From: Chlamydiota bacterium
GTDB taxonomy: Bacteria > Chlamydiota > Chlamydiia > Chlamydiales > SM23-39
DNA: 10,838 nt
Assembly: GCA_038534095.1 (NCBI GenBank)
Contig: JBCAXK010000049.1
Coordinates: forward strand, 1 to 10,838
Direction of reading: 5' to 3'
Of the stretch, positions 6,346 through 10,838 are shown in pieces. The notes under the pieces were generated by a model that made no database searches, was not told the origin of the DNA, and was given only the letters and a program-made list of their open reading frames with translations. The first letter of the stretch is position 1. Every line of letters begins with the position of its first letter. The translations under genes and the position numbers were made by a program.

Positions 6346-8157
6346 ATGTCTATTACTACAGAAGGAAAATCCTCTATCACGGTTCATGATCTCGCCACAA
6401 CACAAAGCACGTTAGGAAATTATCTAAGACTGAGCGTGTTTGGTAATAAGCAAGCAGAAACTACTCCCACAAGAAAGAGAGTACGGATAGTTGCTTGGGC
6501 GTGGTCTTACCTCTCTTCTACTCTTGGAAAATTGGGGTACCTCATGCTCTCCATCCACTTTGCCAAAAGGTCTGTTTCTGATGAAACAGAAGCAACTACT
6601 TATGGAGCATTTCTCTGCTGGTGTAACTTCTTCGGATTCTGGTGTTTTAGTATCCTCGGAGAAAAGATGATCATCAATACAATCTCGGGAGATCTCACGC
6701 AGGAGCAAGAGGATCTTTTACCCGATCAATTGTCCCGTTTTAGGCTCACGATCTATCTAATCGTGAGCGTAGCGATCGGTCTTTTGAACGTATTTCCTTT
6801 AGCAGTCATTGCTGGAGACGCCAATAAAGAGCTACTCTTACCCACATGGGTTGCTCCCACGTCAATCGTTCTTTTTGAGTCTGTGATCTGCACCTACGCC
6901 ACCTGGAGACTCCTCGTATTTCTAAGTAGAACAGGCTCTCTCGATCATAGAGACCGGCAAGTGCGCTTAATGGGACAAGCATTGCAAGGGATCATAGAAA
7001 AAAAACGGCTCGAATGCATTGGATACTTGCCAGACAATCCTTCGGGAAGCTCGCATTCTGAAAGGCCTACAAGAAATGGCTCTGAGCAAAAAGATCCTGT
7101 TCTTCCACAAAGGAAGATCGATCAGGCCTCTTTAAGAGAGCCTTTCTTGGTAGGTTCTTCCGAGAATTCCACTCCTTTAGAAACGGCTTTAGATCAGATC
7201 CAAAACATTCATGAGATCAACCATGCGCAAGAAAAAGTCGAGCGAGCCATCGGTTTTTACTTTACGAGAACAAGCGCAACCAGCAGTAGTACTTCTAGAA
7301 TACACAGCATCGCTAACAAGGTCTACTTGTATGTATTCTACGTCCCAGGACTCCTCTGCGGACTTGCAAATATGTGGATGCTCACCTCCATTCTCAACAG
7401 AAGCGCAAAAAGCTTTGCGAGTAAAATTCCTGCATTGACCCAGGGAAGCTTTGCGATAGGTCTCGGCTTTGCGGTTCTCTATGTTTTACCTGCCCTTTTT
7501 AAAGACTTAGTAGTGATCCCTGGAGGTATAGCAGAACTCGTTAAGATCTTTATCTTATTACTCACAAGTACGGTTCCTCCAACAATCGAAGGAAAGCTTC
7601 TACCCGTTACTGCAAAAGTGGCCTACTTCACAGGGACCGTTTTTGCTTTAGGAGCTTATGGCCCGTCAGCGAGTATTCCGCAATACTATTTTCAAGGAGA
7701 CGAGCGCACTTTTCTCTCGATCACGTTACCTCCAGCAGCTACAGGCCTTGTCTACAATTCTATCATGCACGTTATGCAACAAGCCTTGCGGTTGCTTGTA
7801 CAATACTTCGACAACAACGAAAACCACCACGAAATGATCCAATTTTCCGATCGGACAGAACGTTTACAAAAAACGATCGCGTTTGCAAAATGCCCTAAAC
7901 TTGCAGAGTTTTTGTTAGAGCTTCCGCAGAATCATTTACGTACAGTTATAAAAAATACTCAACCAGATAGAACAGAAATCTTGCTCCAATGTTCGGAAAA
8001 AATCCGATCTTTTTTCTTCTCTTCTTGCTATCCCCAAAAAAGCTCGGCCAGCATCACACGCAAGTGGCTAGAAGATTACGTGCAAGATCAGAAGAGTTCC
8101 AAGGCTCATGAAGGCCTTCCCCATCCAGGCGCTCCACTTCATATCGAAAAGGTGTGA
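6346..8157 (+). CDS. Orphan polytopic membrane protein (two hydrophobic blocks of about 4 TM each, joined by a long hydrophilic loop), about 603 aa
   Basis: Long ORF. The ATG at 6346 is preferred because the promoter places the transcription start at or after the TTG at 6310. It has an S/T-rich N-terminus with no Sec signal and two clusters of hydrophobic segments. No transporter motif recognised. Confidence 0.85.
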   Translation: MSITTEGKSSITVHDLATTQSTLGNYLRLSVFGNKQAETTPTRKRVRIVAWAWSYLSSTLGKLGYLMLSIHFAKRSVSDETEATTYGAFLCWCNFFGFWCFSILGEKMIINTISGDLTQEQEDLLPDQLSRFRLTIYLIVSVAIGLLNVFPLAVIAGDANKELLLPTWVAPTSIVLFESVICTYATWRLLVFLSRTGSLDHRDRQVRLMGQALQGIIEKKRLECIGYLPDNPSGSSHSERPTRNGSEQKDPVLPQRKIDQASLREPFLVGSSENSTPLETALDQIQNIHEINHAQEKVERAIGFYFTRTSATSSSTSRIHSIANKVYLYVFYVPGLLCGLANMWMLTSILNRSAKSFASKIPALTQGSFAIGLGFAVLYVLPALFKDLVVIPGGIAELVKIFILLLTSTVPPTIEGKLLPVTAKVAYFTGTVFALGAYGPSASIPQYYFQGDERTFLSITLPPAATGLVYNSIMHVMQQALRLLVQYFDNNENHHEMIQFSDRTERLQKTIAFAKCPKLAEFLLELPQNHLRTVIKNTQPDRTEILLQCSEKIRSFFFSSCYPQKSSASITRKWLEDYVQDQKSSKAHEGLPHPGAPLHIEKV

Positions 8158-8225
8158 TGGAAAGCAAACGACCCTTAAACGGGGTGAGATCAACTTGGGC
8201 GATTTTCCTACTTGGAAACTAAACA
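8153..8225 (+). mobile_element. Miniature/degenerate IS481-like relic (TGT...ACA)
   Basis: It starts TGTGATGG and ends TGGAAACTAAACA|CCTTA, closely resembling the terminus TGGGAACAAACA|TCTTA of the 4016 remnant. Broken translation W...DP..EIN..DF.LG.LNT resembles the IS481 transposase C-terminus. Confidence 0.45.
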
Positions 8226-8227
8226 CC

Positions 8228-8261
8228 TTATCGAAAAACCTGCTAAACAGCTTTTCGATAA
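8228..8261. terminator. Hairpin between convergent genes (possible bidirectional terminator)
   Basis: Perfect 10-bp inverted repeat TTATCGAAAA (8228-8237) / TTTTCGATAA (8252-8261) with an inner CTG/CAG pair. It overlaps the MFS stop codon. The stem is AT-rich and has no long U-tract. Confidence 0.35.
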
Positions 8262-9370
8262 AACGCTGTTTTGTACGTACAAAGAGTCGAAATGCCTAAC
8301 AGCACAATCATCGTCGGGAAAGTAAAAATATTGAAACTTGCAAGCACCGGACCCAGGCAGTCTGCCATAGCCATCAGCGATTCCAAACCACCCACTAAAA
8401 AACTCTTTTCTTTCGGATGAACATGACGGGTAAATCCCGCAAAAATGAGAGGAAGACCAAAACCTCCCACAATGGCAAAAGGGAGGTAATAGCTAAAGTT
8501 TTCCAGGGCAGACGAAGCAAAATATCCATAAGAGATGTACCCCGACACAAAAACGCCAAGAGAGGCTATATAAGCAACAAAAATCTCTTTTATCCCTGGA
8601 GTAAAGTGGACAGCCCAATGAAAAATCGCTCCAATAAATATCCCCATACCTAATAAAGCAAATGAATTAGAAACCACTGTTTCCACAAAGTGGGAGTCTA
8701 AATAGTATTCGATGAGTTGATAAGCAATTTCTGAGAAAAAAAATGCCACAAAAATCCGAAAACGATCTCCCCGAATCATCTGCAATTTTTCATAAAAAAA
8801 TAGGGGAACATTGCTATGGGGTTGTGGTCGCACATATAAAAAGCAAGCGCTTCCGATCAACGCAATGATCGACATCGCAATCGCAATGCTTTTTACATAA
8901 TGGATATAGATAAAGGAGTAGAGGCAAATCACAATCCAGGGGAGCGCTTGGACCGCGAAAGTTTCGGCAAAGACCCGAACGCTTGGCCTTTGGGCGTGTA
9001 TGTAACTATACGTCGCTCTACCAACAACCGTCACGTTGCAAAACACCCCATTGATCACAATGCCAAGAATCAGGCATCCCAGATCTAAACACATGATCGA
9101 AATTAACGACATGAGCATAGTCAGGATGAGAATCTTTTTCTTGGAAAACCGGTCCAATAAATACCCTGTGATCGTTGAAAAAACCACGCTCAAACCGACC
9201 CATAATGTAGTATACGAAAGACTCCTCAGTGGAATCTCTCCAAGAACTAAGAAAAAGTAAAGCTTGCTTGCCTCTCGGGTAGCAATGGAAAAAAGAGCAA
9301 TCAAAGAAGAGAGAACGACACTTCTTGGAAAATTTCTTATAGAAGGTCGCTGTAAAGAAGATGGTTTCAT
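8243..9370 (-). CDS. Major facilitator superfamily (MFS) transporter, 375 aa
   Basis: About 12 hydrophobic segments. MFS motif A variant GYLLDRFSKKKIL lies between TM2 and TM3. The C-terminal VGGLESL.AMADCLGP resembles DHA1/TetA-like exporters. Confidence 0.88.
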   Translation of the reverse strand: MKPSSLQRPSIRNFPRSVVLSSLIALFSIATREASKLYFFLVLGEIPLRSLSYTTLWVGLSVVFSTITGYLLDRFSKKKILILTMLMSLISIMCLDLGCLILGIVINGVFCNVTVVGRATYSYIHAQRPSVRVFAETFAVQALPWIVICLYSFIYIHYVKSIAIAMSIIALIGSACFLYVRPQPHSNVPLFFYEKLQMIRGDRFRIFVAFFFSEIAYQLIEYYLDSHFVETVVSNSFALLGMGIFIGAIFHWAVHFTPGIKEIFVAYIASLGVFVSGYISYGYFASSALENFSYYLPFAIVGGFGLPLIFAGFTRHVHPKEKSFLVGGLESLMAMADCLGPVLASFNIFTFPTMIVLLGISTLCTYKTAFYRKAV

Positions 9371-9676
9371 ACAATTTTCTTGTCAAAGCCCATAAAGATT
9401 CGCCGGAACGCTTACAAGTTCCCGCCATCCCAATCTAATGAATAGTACGCAGCCATTTGGTCTGTTTATTTGCCTTCATACGCAATTGTAGCTCTTTCAT
9501 CAAGCAAACAACGAGTATCTTGCTATCCTAATCGACTATTTTCTTTCCTAAAAGATGTAGAAAAAATCAAAAAAAGTTTATAAGAAACAGCGCTAATCGA
9601 TATTCAATGGGATGTTTATCTGTTTTTACACCACAAAAAAATGCTGTAAATCCTTGCAAAACTCGGAAGAAAGCCC

Positions 9677-10525
9677 ATGAAAAAACCTTCCCTAGAAACT
9701 ATGTACCACCTTTCAGGGGATATCTCCGATCTTTGGATGGAAAAACTCTTCCCCAAAGAAGCGCAAGGATGCATCAATTTTGGTTACTGGAAAGGTATCT
9801 CCTATCCCCTCACAAAAGAAAAACGGATCCTAGCACAAAAACAGCTCTACTTTTTGCTTTTCCAACAAATCCCAAACGCATCCTCTCACATCCTAGAAGT
9901 AGGATGTGGACGTGGCCATGGCGTGTTTTGGCTACAGAAACTTGGATTTTCCGCTTATGGAATCGATTGTTTAAAAACACAAATCGAAACATGCATCCAC
10001 GCTTATCCGAATTACGCTTCCAGATTTTCTCAAGGAACAGCAGAAAACCTCCCGTTCCCCAACCAAAGTTTTGATGCTGTTTATGCCTTAGAATCTTCCC
10101 AACACTTTTCCTCTTTTCACCAATTTTGTCTAGAAGCCCATCGGACGCTTAGAAGCCATGGAATACTTATTCTCTCGACCTACTTCATTCTAAACCAAGA
10201 AAAACTCTCTCTATTAAAGAAGCTCATACCAGATACCCTTGAGGGGACGCACAACGCTCTTGTGTTAGATAATGCCCTCACCTTGTGTAAAAGCGCTGGA
10301 TTTAACGTCTCTTCTCTCACCTTTCTAGGAGAAAATATTTTCCCTTTTTACGCTAACTGGCACCATCACCAGCTAAAAAGCACTCCTCTAGAAGCATTGA
10401 CTCCTGAAAGAAAAAGATGGATCCCTTATTATACGGGTGGCACAAAAGGCCACAAGCACCCTTGGGAGCAAGCATTTCGAGAACAAATCCTCGAGTATCC
10501 CATGATCGTGCTCCAAAAACCTTAA
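9677..10525 (+). CDS. Class I SAM-dependent methyltransferase (small-molecule type), 282 aa
   Basis: N-terminal INFGYW, motif I ILEVGCGRGHG, post-I YGID, motif II AENLPFPNQSFDAVYALESSQHF and motif III RTLRSHGILIL. Confidence 0.93.
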   Translation: MKKPSLETMYHLSGDISDLWMEKLFPKEAQGCINFGYWKGISYPLTKEKRILAQKQLYFLLFQQIPNASSHILEVGCGRGHGVFWLQKLGFSAYGIDCLKTQIETCIHAYPNYASRFSQGTAENLPFPNQSFDAVYALESSQHFSSFHQFCLEAHRTLRSHGILILSTYFILNQEKLSLLKKLIPDTLEGTHNALVLDNALTLCKSAGFNVSSLTFLGENIFPFYANWHHHQLKSTPLEALTPERKRWIPYYTGGTKGHKHPWEQAFREQILEYPMIVLQKP

Positions 10526-10548
10526 AGATCAACGTTAGATACAATGAT

Positions 10549-10838
10549 GGGTGCGATTAAAAGTGCGGGGAAGAAGATTCTTGTGAAAGTAGTGCTAATT
10601 AGTTAAAAGTTTGTGAAAGAATTTTTAAGAAGGAGTCTGGCGATGAAAAAAGAAGAAGCGTTAGTACGTCGATTAGCAAAATATCCTAAGCTCATGGAGC
10701 GTATGGAAAAAACGCTGGATATTGTTGAAAATAGTGATGGCGAAGCGAGTTTAGCAGATACAGCGGAAGAGCATTTGATTGAATCAGGACGTTCCTTGGA
10801 TCGAGAGGCATTGCAGTGTTGGGCGGAAAATCAGGTAA
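10549..10838 (+). mobile_element. Left end of an ISKra4-family (ISAzba1/UPF0236-like) insertion sequence, truncated by the window edge
   Basis: Candidate left terminal repeat GGGTGCGATTAAAAGTGCG at 10549-10567. The composition switches abruptly from C-rich to G/A-rich here, and a transposase-like N-terminus follows. Confidence 0.65.
10643..10838 (+). CDS. ISKra4-family transposase N-terminal region (partial, runs off the window; not in the ORF track)
   Basis: AAGGAG RBS at 10630-10635. MKKEEALVRRLAKYPKLMERMEKTLDIVENSDGEASLADTAEEHLIESGRSLDREALQCWAENQV matches the pattern L...P.L......L.VVEN..G....A..AE...IE..R......L..WA that I associate with ISKra4-family elements. Confidence 0.72.
   Translation, partial: MKKEEALVRRLAKYPKLMERMEKTLDIVENSDGEASLADTAEEHLIESGRSLDREALQCWAENQV

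Noticed and set aside
4016..8225. Composite transposon formed by the two outward-facing IS481-like ends
   Set aside because: Both ends are heavily decayed and divergent from each other, and there is no matching target-site duplication. Independent insertions are the simpler explanation.
9381..9386. Perfect TTGACA on the minus strand upstream of the MFS gene as its -35 box
   Set aside because: It is only 10 nt from the ATG at 9370, so a 17-nt spacer would put a poor -10 (CATCTT) inside the CDS. It is not called without start-site data.
5039..10544. Other short overlapping ORFs (5039-5266, 6424-6708, 7211-7438, 8108-8299, 8417-8653, 8900-9088, 9018-9428, 9036-9260, 9607-10074, 9810-9992, 10353-10544)
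   Set aside because: They overlap better-supported long CDSs and lack independent coding evidence.
1..10838. CRISPR array, tRNA/rRNA, retron/DGR or anti-phage defence genes
   Set aside because: I saw no regularly spaced repeats, no cloverleaf or rRNA signatures, and no reverse transcriptase, nuclease or NTPase motifs in any ORF.

Overview
This is an accessory, partly decaying region, most likely from an environmental Chlamydiota-type intracellular bacterium (inferred from the Lpg1974/MOMP-like porin, the GadC-like APC permease and the orphan effector-like genes). Intact genes are a secreted helical protein, a beta-barrel outer-membrane protein, an APC amino-acid permease, a divergent pair of orphan effector-like genes with well-formed sigma70/66-type promoters, an MFS transporter and a divergent class I SAM methyltransferase. 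Several features are missing from the ORF track. These are a frameshifted IS481-family 3' remnant fused back-to-back to a 5'-truncated sodium:solute symporter pseudogene (4016-4903), a 73-bp TGT...ACA IS481-like relic that supplies the stop codon of the 603-aa gene, and the left end of an ISKra4-family element at the window edge. No rRNA, tRNA or CRISPR array was seen. I cannot demonstrate a new biological system from sequence alone. The best candidate is the divergent orphan pair at 4900-8157, one member of which carries actin-regulator-like and amphipathic motifs. All family assignments come from motif recognition, not from database searches.
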